Source: Candidatus Poribacteria bacterium
GTDB lineage: Bacteria > Poribacteria > WGA-4E > PCPOR2b
Length of the DNA: 64,000 nucleotides
Assembly: GCA_965208325.1 (NCBI GenBank)
Contig: OZ242326.1
Span: 2,752,001-2,816,000 of the forward strand
Reading direction: 5' to 3'
The translations under genes were made by a program, and so were the position numbers. The notes beneath the pieces were generated by a model. That model was not told where the DNA came from. It saw nothing but the letters and a program-made list of their open reading frames with translations, and made no database searches. Shown piece by piece: positions 30,273-40,379 of the stretch; within the stretch, counting starts at the first letter, position 1, and each line of letters starts with the position of its first letter.

Positions 30273-30686
30273 ATGGACACCCCGGAACTGGTTAAAATCA
30301 TAGTTAGCGCTGCAATAGCAGTTATTGCGGTAGCTGGTTTATGGGTTGCGTTCCTGAACTTCATATTTGGCCGCATTGACAAAAGATTTGAGGCAATTCA
30401 CCACACATTAAATGAACGATTCGACCTCCTTGAAAAGCTGTTAACAGCCAGACTGGACAACTATCCAAATAAAGAAGACATTTTTGAGTTGCGTACTCAG
30501 ATAAATGATGTGCGTCTTCAGATAGATGACGTACGTACTCAGATAGATGACGTGCGTACTCAAATAAATGACGTAAGTAATCAGATGTCAAAAGAGAACG
30601 AAACGCTTGCACGGAAAGTGGATGACATGAATGCAATTCTCATAAAACACATTGAGGATAGCACGCTGCATCCGAGCCGCACATAA
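30273..30686 (+). CDS. Small membrane-anchored coiled-coil protein with 7-aa tandem repeats
   Basis: N-terminal TM, IDKRFE..NERFD and (R-T/L-Q-I-N/D-D-V)x4 encoded by 21-bp repeats at 30490-30584. Confidence 0.75.
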   Translation: MDTPELVKIIVSAAIAVIAVAGLWVAFLNFIFGRIDKRFEAIHHTLNERFDLLEKLLTARLDNYPNKEDIFELRTQINDVRLQIDDVRTQIDDVRTQINDVSNQMSKENETLARKVDDMNAILIKHIEDSTLHPSRT

Positions 30687-30920
30687 ACCATTCCTGAAAA
30701 TCCTGATTCAGACAATCCCCGCCCGACTCCCAAACCCGCATTTACCTTGACATCTCCGGCACTGCGTGAAATAATCTGTCAAGATTGCCAATAAAACCCT
30801 TTCGACAATTCCTTTTCTCCCTTCCTGTCCTCCGCCCTCCGAATGGACGGCAATCCCTATGCGGGCGATGATAGATTTGCGCTTCTCTCACGGACGCTTT
30901 TCAAGCAGGGGTATTGCGTA

Positions 30921-32045
30921 TTGAAGGTTGCAATTGTTCATTACTGGCTAGTTAGTATGCGCGGCGGTGAGAAAGTTGTGGAGGCGCTCTGTGAACTCTT
31001 CCCCAATGCGGATGTCTTCACCCATGTGTATAAACCATCCGCTATTTCAGAGACCATTAAGAAGCATCGAATCCAGACGACATTTATCCAGAAATTGCCC
31101 GGTGCAGTCCGCCAATACCAGAGCTATTTGCCGTTAATGCCAATCGCGCTTGAACAACTTAATCTGAAGAACTACGACTTAGTGATAAGCAGCGAATCGG
31201 GTCCAGCGAAAGGGTTAGTGATTCCGCCCGAGGCGTTGCACGTGTGTTACTGCCATACCCCAATTCGATACGTGTGGCCCATGTACCACGACTATCAGCA
31301 AACTGCGAGCTGGTTAAAGCGCATTTTTATGCCGATAGTCGCTCACTACTTGCGGTTGTGGGATGTGACTTCAGCTTCGCGGGTCGATCAATTTGTCTCG
31401 AATTCCGCCTACGTGGGAAGGCGTGTTATGAGGTATTACCGCCGCGAATCTGAAGTCATTCACCCGCCCGTCGATACGCACGCCTTTACGCCGTCTGACA
31501 TACGGGGGGACTTCTACTTAATGGCCGGTCAACTCATCCCCTATAAACGCGTGGATGTCGCAGTGGAAGCCTTTAACAGGTCGGGAAAGCGGCTGACAAT
31601 CATCGGTGGCGGGGACCAATTGAAACGGTTGAGAAAAGCAGCCGCTCCTAACATTAACTTTTTGGGGCGGCAGCCTTTCTCAGTCCTGCGGGATCACTAT
31701 GCCCGTTGCCGTGCGCTTATCTTTCCCGGCGAAGAAGATTTCGGCATTGTTCCTGTAGAAGCTATGGCATCGGGGCGACCCGTCATTGCCTTTAAGGCGG
31801 GCGGCGCACTGGAAACGGTTGTGGATGGGGTGACGGGACTCTTCTTTGATGAGCAGACGCCCGATTCGCTTGTTGAAGCCGTTGAACGTTTTGAACTTAT
31901 GGAAACGAAGTTTTCATCGGCTCGTATCGCGCAACATGCAGAGCAATTTAACCGTCGGAATTTTAAGGAAGGCATGCGGCGGGCAATTGAGACATTATTC
32001 CAAGAAAAGAATCGTAAATCAATTGAGAATCTGTACGCCTCATAA
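30921..32045 (+). CDS. Glycosyltransferase family 4
   Basis: KVAIVHYWLVSMRGGEKV, YCHTPIRY and EEDFGIVPVEAMASG. Confidence 0.93.
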   Translation: MKVAIVHYWLVSMRGGEKVVEALCELFPNADVFTHVYKPSAISETIKKHRIQTTFIQKLPGAVRQYQSYLPLMPIALEQLNLKNYDLVISSESGPAKGLVIPPEALHVCYCHTPIRYVWPMYHDYQQTASWLKRIFMPIVAHYLRLWDVTSASRVDQFVSNSAYVGRRVMRYYRRESEVIHPPVDTHAFTPSDIRGDFYLMAGQLIPYKRVDVAVEAFNRSGKRLTIIGGGDQLKRLRKAAAPNINFLGRQPFSVLRDHYARCRALIFPGEEDFGIVPVEAMASGRPVIAFKAGGALETVVDGVTGLFFDEQTPDSLVEAVERFELMETKFSSARIAQHAEQFNRRNFKEGMRRAIETLFQEKNRKSIENLYAS

Positions 32046-32089
32046 CGGGACAAGTCAACGATGAAAGGTAGGACCGAATCGGACCGAAT

Positions 32090-32752
32090 ATGAAAATCCT
32101 TGGTGTTGATACATCAACTCCCATCGGAAGCGTTGGATTAATTGACGGCGAAAACTTCGTTGGTGAGCACAGTTTAAATATCGTACAGACTCACTCATCG
32201 CGCTTGATTCCCACAATCGATCAAATCCTAAAATGGGCAAACTTGACCGTTCATGAGCTTGATGCGTGCGCCGTCGGAATAGGCCCCGGTTCATTTACGG
32301 GCGTTCGAATTGGCGTTGGCGCCGCTAAAGCGCTCTGCTATGCAATCAGAAAACCAATCGTCGGGGTTTCCACGCTAGCGGCGGTTGCCGACAATCTTCG
32401 TTACACAAACACGCTGATTTGCCCCGTTCTTGACGCCCGCCGAAATGAAATATACGGTGCCGTCTTTCACGGCGGCGAAAGGTTGGAACGGAAATCTGAC
32501 GACCTATGTGTTCCGATTGAAGCATTTTTGGATCGCGTCAGTGACACCGCCGTGTTTGTCGGCGATGGGTTGAAGCGATACTCCGGCGCCATACTCAAGC
32601 GATTCGGGGAAAATGCGATTCTTGCATCCGCTGCCTTCAACGTGCCGCGCGGCTCGAACATCGCCCGACTCGGTTACGAACGAATATTAAACGGGCGCAC
32701 GGACGACTATTTCTCATTGACACCCAATTATGTCAGGAATCAACCGACTTAA
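32090..32752 (+). CDS. tsaB: tRNA threonylcarbamoyladenosine biosynthesis protein TsaB
   Basis: ILGVDTS, HS, GPGSFTGVRIG, DARRNEIY and PNYVR. Confidence 0.95.
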   Translation: MKILGVDTSTPIGSVGLIDGENFVGEHSLNIVQTHSSRLIPTIDQILKWANLTVHELDACAVGIGPGSFTGVRIGVGAAKALCYAIRKPIVGVSTLAAVADNLRYTNTLICPVLDARRNEIYGAVFHGGERLERKSDDLCVPIEAFLDRVSDTAVFVGDGLKRYSGAILKRFGENAILASAAFNVPRGSNIARLGYERILNGRTDDYFSLTPNYVRNQPT

Positions 32753-32813
32753 TCGAGAGCACGATAGTCCAAACCTCATCTCAAACACTATCGCATTCAC
32801 TAGTCAGTTGCAG

Positions 32814-33239
32814 TTACGGATTCGTCGGCGACGTACAAACTAGGACGATTAACATCTCAGTTCCGGTGTTCTCAAGACCGTGCACACACCAAGGCGGTAA
32901 GTAGATAAAATCGCCCGCTTTCACCTCACGAGTGTAATGGGCAAAAGTCATCTCCCCCTCGCCTTGGAGAATGACGTAGCATTCTTCGGGTTCGTGCGAA
33001 CCCGTGGGGAGTACTGTGTGCGGCGGCATGTAAAGTTGCGTGATACTGAAATTCTGAGATGGCGCGTTGGGATTGGTCGGATGCAGCACTCGGACAGCAG
33101 GCCCCTCGCACGGCGGAAATAGGATTGGGATTCCCTCTTGGACGGTTACAATCTTAGGATCCGGCGCCACATCGGGCTTGGGAATCTTGGGCGGCGGCGC
33201 GTCTTCTTCGTATCCTTTGTACACGATAAACTTTGACAT
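32814..33239 (-). CDS. Cupin domain protein
   Basis: GSHEPEECYVILQGEG and PPWCVHG; start MSKF after GGAGG. Confidence 0.85.
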   Translation of the reverse strand: MSKFIVYKGYEEDAPPPKIPKPDVAPDPKIVTVQEGIPILFPPCEGPAVRVLHPTNPNAPSQNFSITQLYMPPHTVLPTGSHEPEECYVILQGEGEMTFAHYTREVKAGDFIYLPPWCVHGLENTGTEMLIVLVCTSPTNP

Positions 33240-33300
33240 GAATTCCTCCTTAATGTACAGATTTCCTAAATAGTGCAATTGTCAACTTGAATTTCGATCT

Positions 33301-33420
33301 GAAACCGACGCTTTTTTCTTGAAAACTCGGTTTCTTTAACGGAGTAGCATATTCAAGCTACTCCCCCATTCCCATCGGCTTGTAATTCCAAGCCCTAATT
33401 CAAACCAGTTGTAAAAACGT
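33301..33420. repeat. AAACCGAG..CTCGGTTTCT palindrome-led dispersed repeat family
   Basis: Related copies at 34795, 34998-35110 and 50118-50235; the long copies share a TTCCA(A/T)GCCC..AATT tail. Confidence 0.65.
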
Positions 33421-33550
33421 AAGCGCTATGAAATTCTCTCGGTAACGTCAAAACTATAGCAGATAACTACCTCATATACAACATCAAAGTGATTATTCAA
33501 ACAGATTAGATTCCTGAATCGTTCCACAATTGCAGGAAGGTGAGGTCAAA

Positions 33551-34747
33551 ATGAAAATTACCGGCGTCCGCGTATTCGTTACTCGTCCAACGGGACTGAA
33601 CTATGTTGTCATCAAAATATTAACCGATGAAGGCGTTTATGGAGTGGGAGAGGGGTCGCTCAACGGAAACGAAATCGTTGTCGCTCGGTATCTCGAACAC
33701 ATCAAGGAGTTACTTATCGGACATGACCCGCACAACATCGAAGATTTGTGGCATTTGATTTACCGCAGCGGCTATTGGCGGTCAGGACCGGTGTTCAAAG
33801 CAGCCTTGTCCGCAATCGACTTCGCTCTCTGGGATATTAAGGGAAAAGTCGCGAACTTGCCCGTTTACCAACTGTTGGGCGGCGCTTCACGGAAAGCCGT
33901 AAAGGTTTATGGGCATGCCGGCGGGCGTGATGCCAAAGAGATAGAAGATAGCGTTCGTTCATTCTTGGAACGCGGCTTTAAAATTGTCCGCTGCCAAAGC
34001 GGTGACTACGGCGGCAGCGGCCGCCTCGATTACGAACCACCCATACGCGATGGTGTACCCGGCACAGCAATCTTTGAACCCGCGGGCTATCTACTTGAAA
34101 CACCTCGAAATTTTGAGCATCTGCGTAACGCGCTCGGTATGGAAGTTGAGTTGTGCCACGATGTACACGAGCAGCTAACACCGACGGAAGCCGCCTGGTT
34201 GGCAAAACAACTGGAGCCGTACCGGCTCTTTTTCCTCGAAGATCCCGTGATGCCGGAAGAGCGCGAAGGATTGCGCCAGATTCGGCAATCCTGCACCACA
34301 AATATCGCCATCGGCGAATTGTTCACCGATCGCGACGAGTGCATGATGCTGTTTCAAGAGCGGTTGATTGATTACATCCGTATCGCTCCGTTGCACGTCG
34401 GCGGTATCACGGAGGCGCGTAAAATCATGGTACTTGCCGAACCCTTCAGCGTGAAATCCGCGTTCCACGGCGCGGCGGATTTGGGGCCAATTTCACAGGC
34501 AGCCGCGCTCCATCTACAAATGGTTATCCCCAACTTCGGCGTACAAGAGTGGACCGACTTCAGCAGTAGCGAGACGCTGTGCGAGCTCTTTCCAACGCCC
34601 TGCAAACTTGTAGACGGTTATGCTCACCCAGGCGGCGCACCAGGACTCGGCATTGACTTCAACGAAGAGTTGGCGAAAAAATTCCCCTACCAATCTACGT
34701 ACATGCCGATTGTAAGGCGGTCGGATGGAACAATGCACCGCTACTAA
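33551..34747 (+). CDS. Enolase-superfamily sugar-acid dehydratase (mannonate dehydratase ManD/RspA-like)
   Basis: YWRSGPV, ALWDIKGK, HDVHE, LFFLEDP, IGELF, HGAAD and RRSDGTMH. Confidence 0.9.
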   Translation: MKITGVRVFVTRPTGLNYVVIKILTDEGVYGVGEGSLNGNEIVVARYLEHIKELLIGHDPHNIEDLWHLIYRSGYWRSGPVFKAALSAIDFALWDIKGKVANLPVYQLLGGASRKAVKVYGHAGGRDAKEIEDSVRSFLERGFKIVRCQSGDYGGSGRLDYEPPIRDGVPGTAIFEPAGYLLETPRNFEHLRNALGMEVELCHDVHEQLTPTEAAWLAKQLEPYRLFFLEDPVMPEEREGLRQIRQSCTTNIAIGELFTDRDECMMLFQERLIDYIRIAPLHVGGITEARKIMVLAEPFSVKSAFHGAADLGPISQAAALHLQMVIPNFGVQEWTDFSSSETLCELFPTPCKLVDGYAHPGGAPGLGIDFNEELAKKFPYQSTYMPIVRRSDGTMHRY

Positions 34748-34794
34748 ATCCGCTCCAAGTCATTGGGAATTTTTGTTCGTACAGAATGTAACTT

Positions 34795-35110
34795 GAAACC
34801 GAGGTTTTTTCTTCAACACTCAGTTTCTTAATCGCAGCAAAAACCGCCCTATAGCCCCAGCGGGGCGGCAGGTGTATAATAAACAGCATCTTCGCAGCTT
34901 GGGTTGAGGGCACAAACTCATCGTCGGGATTCGGAATTCCCTCCTACCAGACCTAATCTCCCCGAAGGAGCGATCTCCGAATCGCGGCCTTTAATTTAAA
35001 CCGAGTTTTATTCTTTAAAAATCGGCTTCTTTTACATAGCAATATTAGGAAACTACTCCACCATCCCTGCCGGCTACGGTTTCCATGCCCTTAATTTTTC
35101 CGGTACAATG
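34795..35110. repeat. Mosaic of repeat families (palindrome family, TAGCCCCAGCGGGGC, inverted family A REP pair)
   Basis: Modules shared with 23308-23375, 23644 and 33301. Confidence 0.7.
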
Positions 35111-35142
35111 TGTAAACCACTTTCGTCACAAATTCAATTTAG

Positions 35143-35168
35143 TGGAACAAATTTCAATTTATCGTGTG
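35143..35168 (+). promoter_or_regulatory. Possible ECF-type promoter
   Basis: TGGAAC-16 nt-TGTG, resembling the site at 9354. Confidence 0.4.
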
Positions 35169-35202
35169 CTACCTCCCAAACAATTAAAGGAGGAAACACA
35201 GA

Positions 35203-36681
35203 ATGAAATCTCACGTTCGAGTAACGCTATGTATCGCAGTAGCCTTGGCATTCGCCGTTAACATGGTCCATCCCACCGCGGCGCCAGCCGCAGATAAAAA
35301 ACAAACACTCCAAGAACTCAGCGACGCATTCGCAGAGGTTGCGAGTGAGGCTAGCAAAATGGTGGTGGCGGTTAAAGCCGAGCAATCTGTAAAGCACAGC
35401 AGTAAGGGAGAGCATTACTGGCTTCCCCGTGTGATTCCGAAAGGGGATGGGACATATCAACGCTTTTACCACGTACCTGAATCGGGAATTCTAAACCGAG
35501 AGTTCCGTCTCCCACCCGAACCACCTCATCTCTTGCAGGATTTTCCCTATTTCGAAGGCTTTGGTTCTGGCATCGTACTTGATGATGAAGGCCACATCGC
35601 CACGGCTGCGGAGTTAATCGGAAACGCCAACAATATCACCGTCACGCTCGGAAACAGCACGCACCGCGAAGCTAAACTGATTGGAGTGGACAACGGAACA
35701 GGCATTGCGGTAATTAAGGTCGATCGCGATGCCGTAACGCAAGCGAAAATTGGCGAATCTGATCAGGTTAAAGTCGGTGAGTTAGCGCTCGATCTCAGGC
35801 GTAACGGCGAAGGCGGCCTATCCGTAGCCCTTGGCGTCGTCAGCGGTACCGGTCGTCAACTACCTGTCCGCAATTATACCGACTTAATCGAAATCAACAC
35901 TAATCTTCGCTCCCATTCCGCGGGCGGCGCGGTCGTCAACGCGAGCGGTAAGGTCATCGGAATGGGTGTCGGTAACACATCGGACGGCGTGTTCGCTATC
36001 CCAATCCGCACCGTTAAGCGCATTGCCGCAGAACTCATTGAACACGGCGAAGTTCAACGCGGCTGGTTGGGTGTTCAGATTCAAAACGTCAATCCAGAAA
36101 CAACGCTGAAACTTGGGCTTGAGGCACCAAGCGGAGCGATTATCCTGCGCGTTCTTCAGGGAACACCTGCCGCAAGAGCAGGCTTGAAAACAAACGACGT
36201 AATTATCGCGATAGATGATGATGAAATTACCAATGCGAAACATCTGCGGTGGGTTATCGCAATGGCTAAACCGAATTCCGAAGTATCAGTCACGGTTATG
36301 CGCGATCGCTCAACAATCGAAATTCCTGTGACGCTTGGCAAACGCACACTTGAAGCCGTCCACGGCTCATTTGAGCGACATGAAACGAGACAAAGCGGTT
36401 GGAAAGGATTGAGTCTGCAAACTCTCACTGAGTCGCTTGCGGAAGCGTTCGGTTATGAGTCTCTTGAAGGAGTTTTGATCGCAGGTGTGGAGCCAGATAG
36501 TCCGGCCGCCGAAGCTGCTAACGGCGAAGAGAAACTTCGAAAGGGCGACCTTATCCTTGAAGTTGACCACCAACATGTCAAAAATGTTGACGCCTTTAAA
36601 GCCGCTGTTCAGACGGACACAGAGACCGTCTTATTGCGAGTGAAACGCGGTACACAGATGTGGTATGTTACCGTAAAGTGA
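35203..36681 (+). CDS. DegP/DegQ-like protein with two PDZ domains; catalytic triad degenerate
   Basis: Signal peptide, GFGSG, RGWLGV, two PDZ domains; TAAEL, GIAVI and RSHSAGG replace TNxHV, DIAV and NxGNSGG. Confidence 0.88.
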   Translation: MKSHVRVTLCIAVALAFAVNMVHPTAAPAADKKQTLQELSDAFAEVASEASKMVVAVKAEQSVKHSSKGEHYWLPRVIPKGDGTYQRFYHVPESGILNREFRLPPEPPHLLQDFPYFEGFGSGIVLDDEGHIATAAELIGNANNITVTLGNSTHREAKLIGVDNGTGIAVIKVDRDAVTQAKIGESDQVKVGELALDLRRNGEGGLSVALGVVSGTGRQLPVRNYTDLIEINTNLRSHSAGGAVVNASGKVIGMGVGNTSDGVFAIPIRTVKRIAAELIEHGEVQRGWLGVQIQNVNPETTLKLGLEAPSGAIILRVLQGTPAARAGLKTNDVIIAIDDDEITNAKHLRWVIAMAKPNSEVSVTVMRDRSTIEIPVTLGKRTLEAVHGSFERHETRQSGWKGLSLQTLTESLAEAFGYESLEGVLIAGVEPDSPAAEAANGEEKLRKGDLILEVDHQHVKNVDAFKAAVQTDTETVLLRVKRGTQMWYVTVK

Positions 36682-36872
36682 ATCCATTCGATCAGCTTTT
36701 GTAGAATCAAACGCTTTGGATGTGTTATAATTCAGCCGCTTCAACATGGCGCCGCGTTTTGTTGTGCCGCCGGATCGGGGTGTTGGGAATCTTATTCCAA
36801 CAACCAATGCCGCACAACTGAACACCATGGTATATGAACGCACATTCAAAGAAAGGGCAAAAGCAGAAACCG

Positions 36873-37745
36873 ATGGAATTACTTAAGTTGGGGATTCCCA
36901 AGGGTTCGCTCCAAGAATCCACCATCAACCTGTTCAAAAGAGCCGGATACAATATCACAGTCAGCAGTAGATCCTACTATCCACAGATAGACGACGACCA
37001 AATTGAGGTCATGCTTCTTCGTCCGCAAGAGATGGCGCTCTACGTCGAACGCGGCGTAATTGATGTGGGGTTGGCTGGACGCGACTGGGTGCGTGAATGC
37101 AAAGCGGACGTACTTGAGATTGCGTCGCTCACCTACAGCAAACAGACAAACCAACCAGCGCGATGGGTGCTGGCTGTCGGAGAGGAGTCACCCATCGAAT
37201 CTGTCGCAGACCTTGAAGGCAAGGTCATTTTCACCGAATTGGTTGAGGCGACCAGAAACTATCTCGCGCAAAGCGGTGTCAACGCAACAGTCAAATTTTC
37301 ACACGGCGCAACGGAAGTCAAGATTCCGCATTTATGCGACGCAATCGTGGAAATCACGGAAACAGGAAGTTCGCTACGCGCGAATCAATTGAAAATCGTC
37401 GACGTCGTGATGGAATCTGTGACCACGCTGATTTCGAATAAAGAGAGTTGGCAAAACGAATGGAAGCAGACGAAGACAAAAAACCTACAAATGCTGCTTT
37501 CAGGTGCGTTGACGGCGGAGCAGAAGGTTGGCTTGAAAATGAATATTAGTCAGGAAAACCTAAATTCGTTGCTGGCAATTCTGCCTGCCATGAAAAACCC
37601 GACAATATCTTCACTCAGCGACGACGGTTGGTACGCTGTCGAAACCATAATCGATGAGCACGTAGTGCGAGACTTGATACCGGAACTCAGGCGAATCGGC
37701 GCAGAAGGCATTATCGAGTATCCGCTAAACAAAGTGATTCCCTGA
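36873..37745 (+). CDS. hisG: ATP phosphoribosyltransferase (long form)
   Basis: GIPKGSLQ, RPQEM, GATE, DAIVEITETGSSLRAN and C-terminal ACT-like domain. Confidence 0.96.
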   Translation: MELLKLGIPKGSLQESTINLFKRAGYNITVSSRSYYPQIDDDQIEVMLLRPQEMALYVERGVIDVGLAGRDWVRECKADVLEIASLTYSKQTNQPARWVLAVGEESPIESVADLEGKVIFTELVEATRNYLAQSGVNATVKFSHGATEVKIPHLCDAIVEITETGSSLRANQLKIVDVVMESVTTLISNKESWQNEWKQTKTKNLQMLLSGALTAEQKVGLKMNISQENLNSLLAILPAMKNPTISSLSDDGWYAVETIIDEHVVRDLIPELRRIGAEGIIEYPLNKVIP

Positions 37746-38006
37746 AGCCGCACACAATTTCGAATTGAATCCAATCAACACACGCCATTTATCCTGCTCA
37801 GCCTCCAATCCTGAGAATCCTGATTCAGACAAATCCCCCGCCATTTCTCCAACCCAAATTTCCAAACCACCATTATCCTGAAAATCCTTTAATCCTGTAA
37901 ATCCTGCTTCAGACAATCACCCCAAACGCGCCCCTTTCAATCACCTGCTACCCCTAACCCTGCCCATGATTTAACCACACAATTCACAGTTGGGGAAAAA
38001 GCTTGA

Positions 38007-38594
38007 TCAGAGCATCCCTTTTGTCGAAGGTATACCGCTGATGCGATCGTCGAAACTCGTCGCAATATCCAACGCCCTTGCAACTGCCTTAAAGATTGCT
38101 TCGATGATATGATGGCGGTTTGTTCCATACGATACGTTCACATGCAATGTCGTTCCGCTATGGTTGACAAATCCATGAAAAAATTCCTCAGCGAGCTCAA
38201 CGTCAAAACTTCCCACCTTGCCCCGGCGCAGCGGCGTGCGGTAGAGCAGGTATGGTCGGCCGCACAAGTCTAGGTCCACTTGCGCCAAGGCTTCATACAT
38301 TGGGACAACGAAGCTGCCAAACCGGCGGATGCCAGCTTTGTCTCCCGCTGCCTTTTTGAAGGCTTCTCCCAAACAAATACCGACATCTTCCACTACGTGA
38401 TGATCGTCAACATGGAGATCGCCTGTCGCATTGACATTAAGATTAAAGAGTCCGTGCTTGGCAAAAAGTTCAAGCATGTGGTCTAGAAATCCGATGCGCG
38501 TGTTGATTTCCGACTCACCTGATCCATCAATGTTCAGTGTGAGCGTAATCTGCGTTTCCCGCGTTTCGCGTACAATCTCGGCTTCTCTTTTCAC
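38007..38594 (-). CDS. hisB: Imidazoleglycerol-phosphate dehydratase
   Basis: [32 protein letters not shown] and PSTKGML. Confidence 0.97.
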   Translation of the reverse strand: MKREAEIVRETRETQITLTLNIDGSGESEINTRIGFLDHMLELFAKHGLFNLNVNATGDLHVDDHHVVEDVGICLGEAFKKAAGDKAGIRRFGSFVVPMYEALAQVDLDLCGRPYLLYRTPLRRGKVGSFDVELAEEFFHGFVNHSGTTLHVNVSYGTNRHHIIEAIFKAVARALDIATSFDDRISGIPSTKGML

Positions 38595-38664
38595 GGTATC
38601 CGTTCCTCATCGGCGTAGGTTGTTTCACGGAATAGCTTCGGCAATCGCCCTGTTCCGAGCGGAT

Positions 38665-38693
38665 AGTTTAGCATAAGGCCTGTGCTGAATCAA
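38665..38693 (-). promoter_or_regulatory. Sigma-70 promoter for hisB
   Basis: TTGATT-17 nt-TAAACT on the minus strand. Confidence 0.5.
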
Positions 38694-38856
38694 GTCCAAA
38701 TCTTACAGCAGAAATAAAAACCTAGCGCCAAAATATGTCCGTGCCTTCCATCAAACACCCCTGAATCGAGGTGCTTTGGGAGAGGGTGGTCGATGAAAGT
38801 GACGGCCTTGATTGGCTTCTCCTTCGACACGTCTCGGTGCTTTACTCAAACAAACG

Positions 38857-38885
38857 TTGACAGAAACTTCACTATATGGTACATT
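38857..38885 (+). promoter_or_regulatory. Sigma-70 promoter for the aminotransferase
   Basis: TTGACA-17 nt-TACATT with extended TG. Confidence 0.65.
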
Positions 38886-38948
38886 GTTTAGTGAATAAAC
38901 GTATAACAACAAAGAACAACAAAAGCGGAACGAATGCCGGAGCGAAAT

Positions 38949-40205
38949 ATGCCAGAACGATTGGCAATTCATGGTGGCAAACCGGTCACTACAGAACCTA
39001 TTCCCAGCGGAGTCCACGGACCAAGCGTTATTGATGAACGAGAGATTAAAGCGGTCAACGATGTGCTGCGGAGCGGAAACCTCTTCCGATTTGTCGAAAA
39101 TTCTAATGTAGCCGCGTTTGAGAAAAGTGCGGCTGAGTTATTGGGTGTGAAATATACATTGATGGTTAACTCCGGCACAAGTGCGTTAATTTGCGCTTTG
39201 ACGGGACTCGGCATCGGGCCCGGCGATGAGGTCATCCTCCCCGCTTACACCTTCATCGCAACAGCAGCGGCAATTGTCGCCGTAGGTGCTGTTCCCGTGA
39301 TAGCCGAAATTGACAATTCGCTTGGCATGGATCCTGCCGATGCCGCCCGCAAAATCTCTCCGCACACGAAGGCAATCCTGCCTGTTCACATGCAAGGTGT
39401 GCCCTGCAGTCTCGACAAACTCATTTCCCTCGCCCGGAAACATAACCTTAAAGTAGTTGAAGATTGCTGCCAGTGTATCGGGGGGCAATATAAAGGCGCC
39501 TATACCGGAACATTCGGTGATGCCGGAGCTTGGAGTCTTAACTACTATAAGGTAATAAGCTGCGGTGAAGGCGGATTAGTTTTTACAAATGACTACGATG
39601 TTTACGAGCGCGCAGCTTTCGCTAGTGATCCGGCAATGCCGATGTGGATGAGTGAAAAAGAATGGCAAAATCCGCCGTTCTCACGTCAATGTTACCGCCC
39701 AAGCGAAGTTATGGGCGCAATTGCACGAGTGCAGCTTGCTAAACTCGAAAACATATTGAGTAATACCCGTCGGCTGAAAAAAGCCTTCCTTGCGGAACTA
39801 GATGCTCCCAGAGGGTATACCCCGCAATTTGTGGACGACCCCAATGGCGAATGCGGCATCAGCGCAGCAATTATTATTGAAGACCCTAATCTCGTGCCAA
39901 CATATGCCGAAGCGCTCAAAGCTGAAGGCGTAAGCGCCGGTACAGTCTACAATGAAGGATTTCCGGATCGTCACATTTACCGTTACTGGAATTCGATTCT
40001 GTTCAAAAACAGCCCGCACCGGTCAAACTATCCTTGGAAAGACCCGCAATACCGTGGAAATGTCGAGTATTCACCAGACATGTGCCCGCAAACCCTTTCA
40101 ATTCTTAGTAGAACATTACGGTTTGGATTCAATGTCAACATGCACGACACTCATGCTAGATTATTAGCATCCGCCGTCAATAAGGTTGATGCGGCTTTAG
40201 GATGA
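38949..40205 (+). CDS. DegT/DnrJ/EryC1/StrS PLP-dependent aminotransferase
   Basis: NSGTSAL, GDEVILPAYTF, VVEDCCQ and SLNYYK..GEGG. Confidence 0.93.
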   Translation: MPERLAIHGGKPVTTEPIPSGVHGPSVIDEREIKAVNDVLRSGNLFRFVENSNVAAFEKSAAELLGVKYTLMVNSGTSALICALTGLGIGPGDEVILPAYTFIATAAAIVAVGAVPVIAEIDNSLGMDPADAARKISPHTKAILPVHMQGVPCSLDKLISLARKHNLKVVEDCCQCIGGQYKGAYTGTFGDAGAWSLNYYKVISCGEGGLVFTNDYDVYERAAFASDPAMPMWMSEKEWQNPPFSRQCYRPSEVMGAIARVQLAKLENILSNTRRLKKAFLAELDAPRGYTPQFVDDPNGECGISAAIIIEDPNLVPTYAEALKAEGVSAGTVYNEGFPDRHIYRYWNSILFKNSPHRSNYPWKDPQYRGNVEYSPDMCPQTLSILSRTLRFGFNVNMHDTHARLLASAVNKVDAALG

Positions 40206-40293
40206 ATGTGGAATCGCAGAAAAAATTTCCGAAGGCTTAGCTTGTCAGTTTCTTGTCATTCTCTCATCGCCTTCCAAGTTAAGTTCAATTTTC

Positions 40294-40319
40294 TGAAACG
40301 GATTTTGCCGTAAAGCGTT
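40294..40319 (+). promoter_or_regulatory. ECF-type promoter (likely autoregulatory)
   Basis: TGAAAC-16 nt-CGTT upstream of the second ECF gene. Confidence 0.6.
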
Positions 40320-40379
40320 GGGATAAATAGCAACAATTTGATTTGCACGTGCTTGATAACGATAGGGAGGACACCCATT

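Noticed and set aside
38740..38850. Hairpin-rich stretch between hisB and the aminotransferase as ncRNA
   Set aside because: Lies between two outward-facing promoters and matches no motif I recognise
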